The notes under the pieces were generated by a model. That model did not search any database and was not told the origin of the DNA. It saw only the letters and a list, made by a program, of their open reading frames with translations. From an uncultured Methanosarcinales archaeon (GTDB taxonomy: Archaea > Nanobdellota > Nanobdellia > Woesearchaeales > JACPBV01), in NCBI GenBank assembly GCA_964577685.1, contig CAZNZT010000005.1, positions 4,185-68,184 on the forward strand: a stretch of 64,000 nucleotides of DNA, in the 5' to 3' direction. Of the stretch, positions 48,821 through 58,464 are shown piece by piece; the first letter of the stretch is position 1, and each line of letters opens with the position of its first letter. The position numbers and the translations under genes are program-made.

Positions 48821-50041
48821 TCATTTCTTTTCTGCTACAGCCTCTAGGGTTATTATGTTTAGTACTGTCAATGGTTTTAGCTCTATAACATTATTTCCCT
48901 CTTCGATATAGTTATCAATCTTTTTGCTATAGTCTGCTCTGTCTTGGTCGATTCTTGGTAGATTGGCACCATTCACTTTAATGTCTGCCTTTTTTGTCTT
49001 TCCATCATCAACAAACTTTATTTTTAGAAACAAATCATACTTATCATCTCCGGTATCTAAAATCTCGCTATACAGGGTATCATTAATAGTAAAATAATAA
49101 GCATTTGTTATTATGTCCTTTGAATCAAATATGAGCTTTACCTGTTCAATAGAATAAGAGCCTTTATTTGTCCTGAAGATAACCTTGTTCTGCCCCTCTC
49201 TTAATATGCCAATGGGTATTTCCTGCCTATACAGGTCACCACAAACAGGAACAGATGAAAATATGTTCCTATTGTTAATGAATAAATCCAAGATGCCTAC
49301 ACTTCTCTCAGCGGTGCAATACGGGATAAATCTAATCTCTGCTTTTTCTAGATTTTGATACTCTGTGCTTGTTAGGGTGAATATATTTTTGCTTTCTTGT
49401 TTGCTAAGGTCTGTTATATCACCAAGAATCTTTACATTATCAAGACTATATTCATTTGTTTTCCAAAATTTAATACCAACACTAGAAACGCTGAATTCAA
49501 GGATATTATCTTCCTTCAATAGCCTTTTATCTAACCTTATAGGTTCTACATTCACAGAAGTTATTGAGTATTCATAAATAACCTGTCCATTAAGTTTTAT
49601 TGTTAAGATTCCTTTCCTTTTAGGAGCAGAAAAACTTAATAGTACATTATCTGTATTTTCTAAATCATCAATCTTAAATTCTACTATCTTAGTCTTCTTA
49701 TCAAACCACCCGTTTCTCACATAAATGGGGTTTATCCTAGCTAATATTTTTGAGTTGGTTGTTTCAAATATGTTTACATTGGGTAGAGTTTTGTCTTCTA
49801 TCCTCTGAGCTGGATCAAGTCTCCCTATTCCCTCAGACAATAACACAATTTCCTCCTCGTTTGTTGATTCACGAGAAGAAACAGAGGTCTTCTTTTCTTC
49901 TAATAGCTCTCTTCTTTCTTCTGTCGGAAGAAATAATATATATGCTATAATCAAAACAGAGATTATAGCTACTAATATAGCTGCATTTAACCCTCCTTGT
50001 GCTTTTTTATGAAAAAGTCTGTCTTTTTTCATAAATATCAC
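48821..50041 (-). CDS. Protein with class III (pilin-like) signal peptide and repeated beta-domains
   Basis: KKAQ-GGLNAAILVAIISVLIIAYILF; recurrent L..G.N.I.F motifs. Confidence 0.65.
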   Translation of the reverse strand: MIFMKKDRLFHKKAQGGLNAAILVAIISVLIIAYILFLPTEERRELLEEKKTSVSSRESTNEEEIVLLSEGIGRLDPAQRIEDKTLPNVNIFETTNSKILARINPIYVRNGWFDKKTKIVEFKIDDLENTDNVLLSFSAPKRKGILTIKLNGQVIYEYSITSVNVEPIRLDKRLLKEDNILEFSVSSVGIKFWKTNEYSLDNVKILGDITDLSKQESKNIFTLTSTEYQNLEKAEIRFIPYCTAERSVGILDLFINNRNIFSSVPVCGDLYRQEIPIGILREGQNKVIFRTNKGSYSIEQVKLIFDSKDIITNAYYFTINDTLYSEILDTGDDKYDLFLKIKFVDDGKTKKADIKVNGANLPRIDQDRADYSKKIDNYIEEGNNVIELKPLTVLNIITLEAVAEKK

Positions 50042-50113
50042 CTTTTAGAGTAACATCTACCTTATTCAAATAATAAATAGATTTATATATAAATGTTGTT
50101 ATTTTCGAATTGA

Positions 50114-51178
50114 ATGAAACAAATATATTTTGATAAGAAAAAAGGAAAAGCAAAACTGAAAATTGGCAATTTAGATGACCTATGGTATCTAAGTCAGATT
50201 ATTGAGAATGGTGATCTCATTGAAGGAAAAACAATAAGGAAGATAAAAATCGGAAAAGAGCAAGATAGAAAGCAAGCTATAATAAAAAAGCCTGTATTTT
50301 TAAGGATTCAAGTAGAAAAAATAGAATTCAGTAAAACATCTGATGTCCTAAGAGTTTCTGGCAAGATTGTTGAGGCACCGGATGAGATACAAAAAGGGGT
50401 TTACCATACATTTAATTTAGGGATAAATTCTACTGTAAAGATTATAAAAGAAAGATGGCTTGGATATCAAATAGATAGATTGAAAGAAGCTTGTAAAGAA
50501 AAAAAATACGAGATATTAATATGTGTAATGGATAGAGACGAAGCATATTTTGCTTTATTAAAGAAATATGGTTATGAGATTTTAACCCATATAACAGGGG
50601 ATGTCAGTAAGAAGGGATTTAAAGAGAAAATAAAAGAAAACTTCTATTTTGAAATTATTAGAAAGCTTAGTGAATACATAGACAGATATGATATAAAAAA
50701 TGTAATTTTGGCTAGTCCTGCATTCTGGAAAGAAGAGCTAATAAAAGAAATAAAAGATGAGGAACTAAAAAAGAAGATAATACTTGCTAGTTGTAATGCA
50801 ACTGGAAAAAATGGGATTAATGAGGTTCTAAGAAGACCTGAAATAAAAGAAGCTCTAAGACAAGAAAGAATAACAAAAGAGATTAGCTTAGTTGAAGAGG
50901 TATTGAAAGAGATATCAAAAAATAATCTTGCTGTTTATGGTTTAAAAGATGTAGAAAGAGCGGCGGTTGTTGGAGCAATAGAAAATTTAATACTAACTGA
51001 CACCATCATAAAGGATAAAAGAGAAGAAGGAAACTACGAAAAACTAGAGAATATTATGAAATCTGTAGAAAAAACGAAAGGAAAGGTCTTTATTATCTCC
51101 TCCGAGCACGAAGGCGGAAGAAAGTTGAATGGACTTGGAGGGATAGCAGCAATAATCAGATTTAAACTCAGTTATTAG
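50114..51178 (+). CDS. pelA: Pelota/Dom34 ribosome rescue factor
   Basis: LDDLWYL, LRVSGKI, YHT, ASPAFWK and LGGIAAIIRF motifs. Confidence 0.95.
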   Translation: MKQIYFDKKKGKAKLKIGNLDDLWYLSQIIENGDLIEGKTIRKIKIGKEQDRKQAIIKKPVFLRIQVEKIEFSKTSDVLRVSGKIVEAPDEIQKGVYHTFNLGINSTVKIIKERWLGYQIDRLKEACKEKKYEILICVMDRDEAYFALLKKYGYEILTHITGDVSKKGFKEKIKENFYFEIIRKLSEYIDRYDIKNVILASPAFWKEELIKEIKDEELKKKIILASCNATGKNGINEVLRRPEIKEALRQERITKEISLVEEVLKEISKNNLAVYGLKDVERAAVVGAIENLILTDTIIKDKREEGNYEKLENIMKSVEKTKGKVFIISSEHEGGRKLNGLGGIAAIIRFKLSY

Positions 51179-52842
51179 TCACCGCACTTATAAATTAGAT
51201 TAAATAAATCACTTAGATTTAGTTCTAAACCAACTACTGGGACTTCTAACCCAAAATTTGTTAAAACAACAGGTGAGATTTCCCCAATGAAGGCTATATT
51301 TTTTCCTTTAACAATGACTCTACCTACCCTCCCTGGGATAAAACTATCATGCTCAACTTCCTCAACGCTATAATCTATATTTAGCATCCTCATAATGTAG
51401 TCCAATATTTGTTTTATTTCAGTGTAATCTGCTTTCTCGTTTGCAGAAACGATAGCTATTCTTTCATATTCCTTTATCTCTTTTCCTTTTCTTACACTAA
51501 CTAAGCCTTGTTCAAAAATTCTTTGTGGATAACCTACATGTTTATTCTTTGATAGAAAATTTATCAATATTGGTAACAACCAACTTCTTACACAGCTATA
51601 AGTTTCTGACATAAAATTTTCAATCTCAATAGTGCCGAAATCTTTAATATTCATCATATCATAAAGAATCCTTTTGTTGGTTAGAACTGGACTAAAAACT
51701 TCTTGAAAATTTAGCCCTATTACTATCTCTCTTACTTTATCTATAAAGTCAACTAAATCGGAGGTTTCTCCTATTGTGTATGACCTCATAGGTAATTCTT
51801 CTATATTGTCAAATCCATACATAATACCAATGTCTTCTACAATATCACAAGGATGAAGAATATCTTTTCTGTAGGGAGGGACCTCAACTTGGAGATTATT
51901 TACTACATTATATCCAGCCATTTCTAATAATTCTTTGATTTTGGAATTATCAAGTTCTAATCCAAGAAGTCTTTTGATTTGTTCCTTTTTTATCCTGATC
52001 TTATCTTTAGAGAGGAGTGGAGTTTTAATTAATTTATTTGGATACTTAATCTCCACAGAATAAATATCAAATCCCCTTTCATAGAGAGCATAAGCCATTA
52101 TATTAGTAGCTAGAATTATTGGTTCCAATTCAGTGCCTGTCGCTTCCACAAACAAATGCTCTTCCCCTTCAACAACTTTCCCTGTAAGAGCAGAGTTAAT
52201 TATGGGAGGGAAACTTAAAACATTATTATTACTATCAATGAGGATAGGATATTTTTTGTATTGCTCTATAATCCACTTATATTCCTTTCCTTTTGGATGT
52301 TCTTCTAAAATCTCCTGTTGGGTCATTTCCTTCTTAAAATCTAAAGGAACAAATTTTATAGATTCTGGGTCTGTGGCTTTGTAGTAGATAGGGAACTCTA
52401 TTTTTTCATAAGAATAAACCCCAATAGCAACTTTTAGTCTTCTTTTTCCATAATTCTCACATAATTTTTCTTGTAGTTGAATTATTTGTTTGATAAGATA
52501 ATCATCAACCTTGTATCCCTTTGCTACAAAGGCAGAGATATAAGGCCTTACTGAGGATACAGACTTATCAACTAGTATCTTATAATCTCCATTTTTTATT
52601 TTAATTGGTGGGATTCCCTTTGTTTTTTTTAGTATTCCTTTTATTAGCCTTGCCACTCCTTCTACTGACCAAAGGTATGGTAGGTTGGTATCATCAAAGT
52701 TAACTATTACTTCATCACTTCCACTATTATAGCTCTCTAGCTCGCCCTTTCCATATTCTATTAATTTAGATAATTCCCCAATACTTAGTTTCTTTCCTAT
52801 CAAGTTGTTTAAGTCCCTTAGCGAGAATGTTATCGTTGGCAT
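51175..52842 (-). CDS. pheT: Phenylalanyl-tRNA synthetase beta subunit
   Basis: MPTI, WSVEGVAR, SFPPIINS and VPPYRKDILH..DIVED motifs. Confidence 0.95.
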   Translation of the reverse strand: MPTITFSLRDLNNLIGKKLSIGELSKLIEYGKGELESYNSGSDEVIVNFDDTNLPYLWSVEGVARLIKGILKKTKGIPPIKIKNGDYKILVDKSVSSVRPYISAFVAKGYKVDDYLIKQIIQLQEKLCENYGKRRLKVAIGVYSYEKIEFPIYYKATDPESIKFVPLDFKKEMTQQEILEEHPKGKEYKWIIEQYKKYPILIDSNNNVLSFPPIINSALTGKVVEGEEHLFVEATGTELEPIILATNIMAYALYERGFDIYSVEIKYPNKLIKTPLLSKDKIRIKKEQIKRLLGLELDNSKIKELLEMAGYNVVNNLQVEVPPYRKDILHPCDIVEDIGIMYGFDNIEELPMRSYTIGETSDLVDFIDKVREIVIGLNFQEVFSPVLTNKRILYDMMNIKDFGTIEIENFMSETYSCVRSWLLPILINFLSKNKHVGYPQRIFEQGLVSVRKGKEIKEYERIAIVSANEKADYTEIKQILDYIMRMLNIDYSVEEVEHDSFIPGRVGRVIVKGKNIAFIGEISPVVLTNFGLEVPVVGLELNLSDLFNLIYKCGD

Positions 52843-52844
52843 TG

Positions 52845-54365
52845 CTATATCACCTTTTCTTCTCTTAAAAATCCTAAATCGTGTGAAAACAAGTCTCTAA
52901 TATCTGTAATCCCTAGTTTAAACATTGCAATCCTATCTATACCGATGCCCCATGCCAAGACAGGTATCTCCTTTCCCACAAGTGGTTTTACTAATTCGGG
53001 CCTGAATAGTCCAGAACCAGCTAGCTCTATCCAACCAAGTTCTGGATGTTTTGCTAACAGCTCTGCTGATGGTTCTGTAAATGGGAAATATGCTGGTTTT
53101 ATTTTTATTTGGTCTGTATTTGCAAACTCCTTAGCGAACATCTTGAGCAAACCTTTCAGATGTCTAAAATCTAGGCCCTCTTCTACGACTATTCCTTCCA
53201 CTTGATTAAAATCAACATTATGGGTTGCATCTATGACATCAGGTCTAAAGCATCTTGCAATTGCAAAGTATTTTCCTGGAATTTTGAGCTTTTTTGAAGC
53301 AAGGGTCCTAGCACTTAGTGCTGTTCCTTGTGTTCTCATAATTAATCTCCTTGTTTTTTTAATATCAAACTTATACCCCCATCCCTTGCTTATAGTTCCC
53401 TCGCCTCTTTCGTGAGAAGCTTTTACTTTTTCAATTAGATTAGTATCCACATCCCCATATTTTGGTTCTTTAATGTAATATGCAGAGTGTATATCCCTAG
53501 CAGAATGAAATTGTGGCATGAATAAAGCATCCATATTCCAGAACTCTGTTTCTACAATGGGTCCGAACATCTCCTTAAATCCTAAAGACAAAAACTTTAC
53601 TCTGACTTCATCTAGAAATCTCCGATAGTGTTGTTTTTTTCCTCCGAATATCTTAGGAACCTTGCTTTTTATATCATACCTTCTAAACTTTTTATCCCTC
53701 CAGTTATTAGATTTTAGCATTGATGGGGTTAGTCTATCTACAAGGTCTTCAATTTTGATTCCTTTTTTTAAAATTGCCCTACCAAGATCTGTAAGTTCTA
53801 TTTTTTTTATTTTTTTTATCTCAGCTTTAACAATATCTTTCCTTTTACTTAAACTTTCAAATGCAAATCTCTCTTCAGCACTGAGGTCATTGTAATCAAT
53901 TGGAAATTTTTTGTTTAAAAATTTCTCTTCAAGACTCTGTTTTTCTAATAATTTTTTTCCTTGAGGGAGGATGTTTATTATTAATTCTTTACCTTTCTTT
54001 ATTGTAATAGCATTTTTATTTCTTAAGATTCCCAAACATACATTAACTTCTTCTTTAGACAAACTCGCTTTTTTTATTATTTCTGAAATAGTTGTTTCAT
54101 CTTCAATTGCATCCAGAAATCTTCTTTCTGGCAATCCTTTTTTGAGATATTTATTCCCATTAACATTTAGGTCAATTATTTTTTTAGTATCCTCCCTTAT
54201 TTTGACAAGACCTTTATTTTCTAACCACTGTAGACCCCTCATGACTTCTACTTCCCTCAGTCCTGTTTTTTTTGCTATCTCTTGTACGGTATCTGCCTTA
54301 TCCAAAACTAGCAATACTTTTCTTTCATAGGTATGTAAGCTTTGGATTAATTTTTCTTTTTCCAT
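52845..54365 (-). CDS. pheS: Phenylalanyl-tRNA synthetase alpha subunit
   Basis: FWNMDALFMPQFH.AR, FRPDVIDATH, YFPFTEPS and AWGIGIDR motifs. Confidence 0.96.
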   Translation of the reverse strand: MEKEKLIQSLHTYERKVLLVLDKADTVQEIAKKTGLREVEVMRGLQWLENKGLVKIREDTKKIIDLNVNGNKYLKKGLPERRFLDAIEDETTISEIIKKASLSKEEVNVCLGILRNKNAITIKKGKELIINILPQGKKLLEKQSLEEKFLNKKFPIDYNDLSAEERFAFESLSKRKDIVKAEIKKIKKIELTDLGRAILKKGIKIEDLVDRLTPSMLKSNNWRDKKFRRYDIKSKVPKIFGGKKQHYRRFLDEVRVKFLSLGFKEMFGPIVETEFWNMDALFMPQFHSARDIHSAYYIKEPKYGDVDTNLIEKVKASHERGEGTISKGWGYKFDIKKTRRLIMRTQGTALSARTLASKKLKIPGKYFAIARCFRPDVIDATHNVDFNQVEGIVVEEGLDFRHLKGLLKMFAKEFANTDQIKIKPAYFPFTEPSAELLAKHPELGWIELAGSGLFRPELVKPLVGKEIPVLAWGIGIDRIAMFKLGITDIRDLFSHDLGFLREEKVI

Positions 54366-54387
54366 TTTTGTTTGATTACTTAATTAC

Positions 54388-55197
54388 CTAATACTCTCTT
54401 GGATAACTTCCTAAAATCTTAAGGAAAAAAGATTCTTCTATTGAGCTAAGAGCTTCTTTTATTTTTTCATCCTCTTTACTTCCTTGCATATCAATAAAAA
54501 ATATATAATCGCCCAGTCTTCCCTTTGATGGTCTTGATTCAATCTTTGTTAAGTTTATATTCCTCTTAGCAAATTCTCCCAGAAGATTATAAAGCAACCC
54601 TGGTTTATCAACTTGAGGGTATATGGCGATTGATGTTCTGTCCCTGCTTGTCCTTTTAGCTTCTTTTTTACTCACAACAATAAATCTTGTAACATTAAAT
54701 TTATTATCCTGAACATCTTTTTTAATTACTTTAAGATTATAAATTTCTATTGCCTTTTCTGGTACAATCGCTCCCTTATTTTTATCTTTTTGAATAGATA
54801 TTATCTTTGCAGAAACTGCATTAGAGCTTGTTAGGATTGTCTTTATGTGTGGTAAGAACTTTCTGATGAATTTTTCACATTGGTCGTAAGTTGAAGGATG
54901 AACATAAAGTTCTTTGATTTCTGAGATTTTTCCATATCCAACGAGATTGTGTTTTATTGGCAATATTATTTCTGCAATAATGTTCAAATCAAATTCCATC
55001 AAAGCATCTAAGGTTAGACCAACAGTTCCAGAAACAGAATTTTCTAATGGAACTACCCCTTCATCTACTTCATTAACAGAAACTGATTCAAAAATATCCC
55101 ATACTGTATCTTTAAAAACAATGGTAGCATTTTTGTTTCTTTTCAATGCCGCTTCATGACTGAATGTGCCTTTGGGACCAAGGGTTGCTATTTTCAT
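54388..55197 (-). CDS. pheA: Prephenate dehydratase with ACT domain
   Basis: LGPKGTFSH, VPLENSVSG, NVTRF and NLTKIESRP motifs. Confidence 0.94.
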   Translation of the reverse strand: MKIATLGPKGTFSHEAALKRNKNATIVFKDTVWDIFESVSVNEVDEGVVPLENSVSGTVGLTLDALMEFDLNIIAEIILPIKHNLVGYGKISEIKELYVHPSTYDQCEKFIRKFLPHIKTILTSSNAVSAKIISIQKDKNKGAIVPEKAIEIYNLKVIKKDVQDNKFNVTRFIVVSKKEAKRTSRDRTSIAIYPQVDKPGLLYNLLGEFAKRNINLTKIESRPSKGRLGDYIFFIDMQGSKEDEKIKEALSSIEESFFLKILGSYPREY

Positions 55198-56051
55198 TTT
55201 AATTTTCCTTTTTTGACTAATTGTTCTATTATATAATCTGAATATTCTGTAGCTTCTTGTTTGAAATCCCCCAAAAAATCTGAACCCTCATTAAAAAATT
55301 TAATGAATTCGCTTCTATTTTTTCTTTTTATTATCCCTATCAATTCCCTTGTGGATTTTATGTATTCCTCTATTGCTTTTTTATTATAAGGATTTAGCAT
55401 CTCAATATCAGCATATAGTATGGGGTCTTGGTTGAGCAATCTTCCAACCATATCCATCCTTAACTTGTAGATAGGGGAAGTATAATGCAAACTTTCTTTT
55501 ACATCTATGCCTAATTTCTTCAATGTGTGTGCTATGCAGATAGTAGAAAAGTGAGTAACACCCTGTATGATAGACATCATCTTATCATGTTTCTCAGGGG
55601 TTGTTATTCTAACTAAAGCCCCATTTTTCTCCAAAATATCTTTTATCCAAAGTAACCATTTCTTTGGCCTAGCCGGACATAGGATAACTGTTTGGTTTTT
55701 GATTGTACTAACAGAAGGACCAAAAACAGGATGTGCTCCTATTACTGCGGATTTTGAGTATTTGAGCATCGCTTTTATTGGCTCTACTTTTAGTGAAGTT
55801 AAATCCATCAATAAACCGTCTTCTTTAACTAAAGGTGCTATCTTTTTTATAACATCAATGGTGACATGAATAGGAACTGAGATAACCACAACATCGCTTT
55901 TTTTAGCACATTCTTCTATCTTCAACTTTGTTCTTCTGCTTGCTATTAGAACATGACAGTTATTTTTTTCAAAAAAATTTTTAAACCACTGACCAATTTG
56001 GCCAGTTCCTCCTATAATTCCAATAGTTATCTTCTTTTTAGTTCCATCCAT
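55194..56051 (-). CDS. tyrA: Prephenate dehydrogenase
   Basis: IIGGTGQIG, DLTSLK, HPVFGP and HDKMMSIIQGVTH motifs. Confidence 0.92.
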   Translation of the reverse strand: MDGTKKKITIGIIGGTGQIGQWFKNFFEKNNCHVLIASRRTKLKIEECAKKSDVVVISVPIHVTIDVIKKIAPLVKEDGLLMDLTSLKVEPIKAMLKYSKSAVIGAHPVFGPSVSTIKNQTVILCPARPKKWLLWIKDILEKNGALVRITTPEKHDKMMSIIQGVTHFSTICIAHTLKKLGIDVKESLHYTSPIYKLRMDMVGRLLNQDPILYADIEMLNPYNKKAIEEYIKSTRELIGIIKRKNRSEFIKFFNEGSDFLGDFKQEATEYSDYIIEQLVKKGKLK

Positions 56052-57181
56052 TTTTTATCCAATTTAGCTAGGGCATCGTATGCTCTAGCAAGATATAATG
56101 CATCCAATATCGCTATTGCCATCATTGCCTCTGCAACAACATATATCCTTCCGAGTAAGGTTGGATCTCTTCTTGTTATTGGGCTTAGTCTTTCTTCTTT
56201 CATTGTCCTCATATTAATTGATGTTTGTTCTACAGAGATTGTTGGTGTTGGTTTTACAGCTATCCTAACCACAATGTCTTCACCATTTGTTATGCCTCCC
56301 AAAAATCCTCCAGCATTATTAGTCCTAAATCTTACTTTCCCATCTTCTGTTAGGTATGGTTGGTCATTATTTTCAGAACCTTTCATATTAGCCACTCTAA
56401 ATCCTGATCCAAACTCTATACCTTTAACAGCACCGATGGAACATAGTGCATGGGCGATTGTGGCATTTAGTTTATCAAATACAGGCTCACCCAAACCAGG
56501 TGGCACATTATGGGCTATTACCTCTATTATACCACCTGCTGTATCCCCTTGCTCTTTTATTTCTAGAACTTTCTTTTCCATCTCTTTAACTGCTTCTAAA
56601 TCTGGACAATTAATCTCGTTTTTTCTATAATTCTTCTTTATCTCTTCATAAGTCATCTCTTTCGCTTTAATACCCATACACTCTCTTGTGTAGGCTATTA
56701 TTTCTATCCCTTCCCTTGCTAATATGAATTTAGCAACTGCTCCACCAGCAACTCTAGCTACTGTTTCTCTCCCAGAAGCTCTGCCAGCCCCACACCAGTC
56801 TTGATATTCTCCATACTTAAGGTAGAACGGATAGGTTGCATGACCTGGTCTAAAAAGGTCTTTATATTCCCTGTATTGGTCTATATGTATTTTTTTTGTA
56901 TCAACATTATAAACTATAATCCCAAGTGGTGCTCCTGTTGTTACACCATCCTGCCCGATACCAGCAAAGATTTCACATTGGTCTGTTTCCTTTCTTGGAC
57001 TATTAAGTTTACCCACGCCAGGTCTTCTTTTATCTAATTCTTTTTGGATTATTTCTTTTGTTATCTTTAATCCTGGGGGAACACCATCTATTATTACTAC
57101 CAACCCTGAGCCTTTTCCTTTACCGTAGGATTCACCACAAGTAGTTATCCTAAATATCCTTCCAAATGTGTTTCCTAAAAT
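56027..57181 (-). CDS. aroC: Chorismate synthase, probable ATT start
   Basis: RPGHA, GRASGRET, NNAGGFLGG and KPTPTI motifs. The conserved N-terminus LGNTFGR..RITTCGES lies upstream of the tracked start, after SD GGAGGTGA. Confidence 0.9.
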   Translation of the reverse strand: MLGNTFGRIFRITTCGESYGKGKGSGLVVIIDGVPPGLKITKEIIQKELDKRRPGVGKLNSPRKETDQCEIFAGIGQDGVTTGAPLGIIVYNVDTKKIHIDQYREYKDLFRPGHATYPFYLKYGEYQDWCGAGRASGRETVARVAGGAVAKFILAREGIEIIAYTRECMGIKAKEMTYEEIKKNYRKNEINCPDLEAVKEMEKKVLEIKEQGDTAGGIIEVIAHNVPPGLGEPVFDKLNATIAHALCSIGAVKGIEFGSGFRVANMKGSENNDQPYLTEDGKVRFRTNNAGGFLGGITNGEDIVVRIAVKPTPTISVEQTSINMRTMKEERLSPITRRDPTLLGRIYVVAEAMMAIAILDALYLARAYDALAKLDKKWMELKRR

Positions 57182-57182
57182 T

Positions 57183-58463
57183 TTAAATCACCTCCATTTT
57201 TGCTCCTAATGCACGCATTGATTCTACATAATTCGGATAAGTAATATTGATTGCCTCAGCTGTTGTTATCTCTGTCTTTCCTTCTGCTATTAAACCTGCT
57301 AGACTAAGAGCCATCACAACTCTGTGGTCACCGTGTCCCCTTACCTTACTTCCTTTTAGGATGCTTTTATTAATAACAAGACCTTCTTCCCTTTCTTTGA
57401 TATCTGCATTCAACTTAGATAATTCTTCAGCCATGACTTTTATTCTATCAGTTTCCTTTACTCTTGCTTGAGGTACATTGACTAGGGTCGTTGTTCCTTC
57501 TGCAAAACATCCTGCAACAGCCATTGAGGGCAGAGCATCTGGGGTATTATTTAGGTCTAATTCACATCCATAAAGTTTTTTTCCCATTATCCTTATTCCA
57601 TTTTCTTCAATTAATATCTCAGCATCCATCTTTTTGAGATAATCCAAAATCGCTTTATCTCCTTGGACATCATCCGTATCTAGACCTTTAACTAAAACAT
57701 TTGAATTGGTAATAGCAGCTCCAACGATAGGGAATGCTGCACTGCTCCAGTCTGCAGGTATCTTTTTTTCAAAGCTTTTATATCTTTGATTTCCAAAAAC
57801 CCTAAATTCTGTAAAATCTTCTTTTGCTTCATATTTGATTCCTTGTTCATCTAACCAGCTTAGGGTCATTTTTATGTAAGGTATCTCATTAGGGTTTATT
57901 ACTGTGATTATACTATCTTCCTCAAGTAGGGGGCAGGCAAGAAGAAGACTTGAAACATATTGTGAAGTGAAACTATTAATCTCGGTTCTCCCTCCTTTCA
58001 TTTTTCCCCTTATTTTTATTGGACAGTATCCATTATTATTTATAGAAAGTGCCTCTGCACCAAGCTGGTTGAGAGATTTTAATAATGGTTGTATAGGCCT
58101 TGTTCTCAACGAGCTATCACCATCTAATTCAACTTCGAAGTCACATAAAGCAGCAATAATTCCTGATAATAGCCTTAAAGATGTTCCAGAATTAAGCATA
58201 TTGATTGGCTCATCAACATACCTTGGCTTATTGTCAAACCCTTCAACAATCCATTCCTTATTATTATCTGTATTTATCTTTGCTCCTAATGTTCTACAAG
58301 CGTTTACAGCAGCCATTGTGTCTTTTGAATTCAGTGGATTTATTATCCCGGATCTTCCTTCGGCAAGAGAGGCTATTATAACAGCCCTAATAGTATGCGA
58401 TTTAGAGGAAGGGACAGTAATTTCTCCTTCTAACCTGTCTGTTTTTTCAACGCACAGCTTCAT
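57183..58463 (-). CDS. aroA: EPSP synthase
   Basis: PSSKSHTIR, NSGTSLR, SQYVSSLL, RVKETDR and DHRVVMA motifs. Confidence 0.95.
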   Translation of the reverse strand: MKLCVEKTDRLEGEITVPSSKSHTIRAVIIASLAEGRSGIINPLNSKDTMAAVNACRTLGAKINTDNNKEWIVEGFDNKPRYVDEPINMLNSGTSLRLLSGIIAALCDFEVELDGDSSLRTRPIQPLLKSLNQLGAEALSINNNGYCPIKIRGKMKGGRTEINSFTSQYVSSLLLACPLLEEDSIITVINPNEIPYIKMTLSWLDEQGIKYEAKEDFTEFRVFGNQRYKSFEKKIPADWSSAAFPIVGAAITNSNVLVKGLDTDDVQGDKAILDYLKKMDAEILIEENGIRIMGKKLYGCELDLNNTPDALPSMAVAGCFAEGTTTLVNVPQARVKETDRIKVMAEELSKLNADIKEREEGLVINKSILKGSKVRGHGDHRVVMALSLAGLIAEGKTEITTAEAINITYPNYVESMRALGAKMEVI

Positions 58464-58464
58464 A

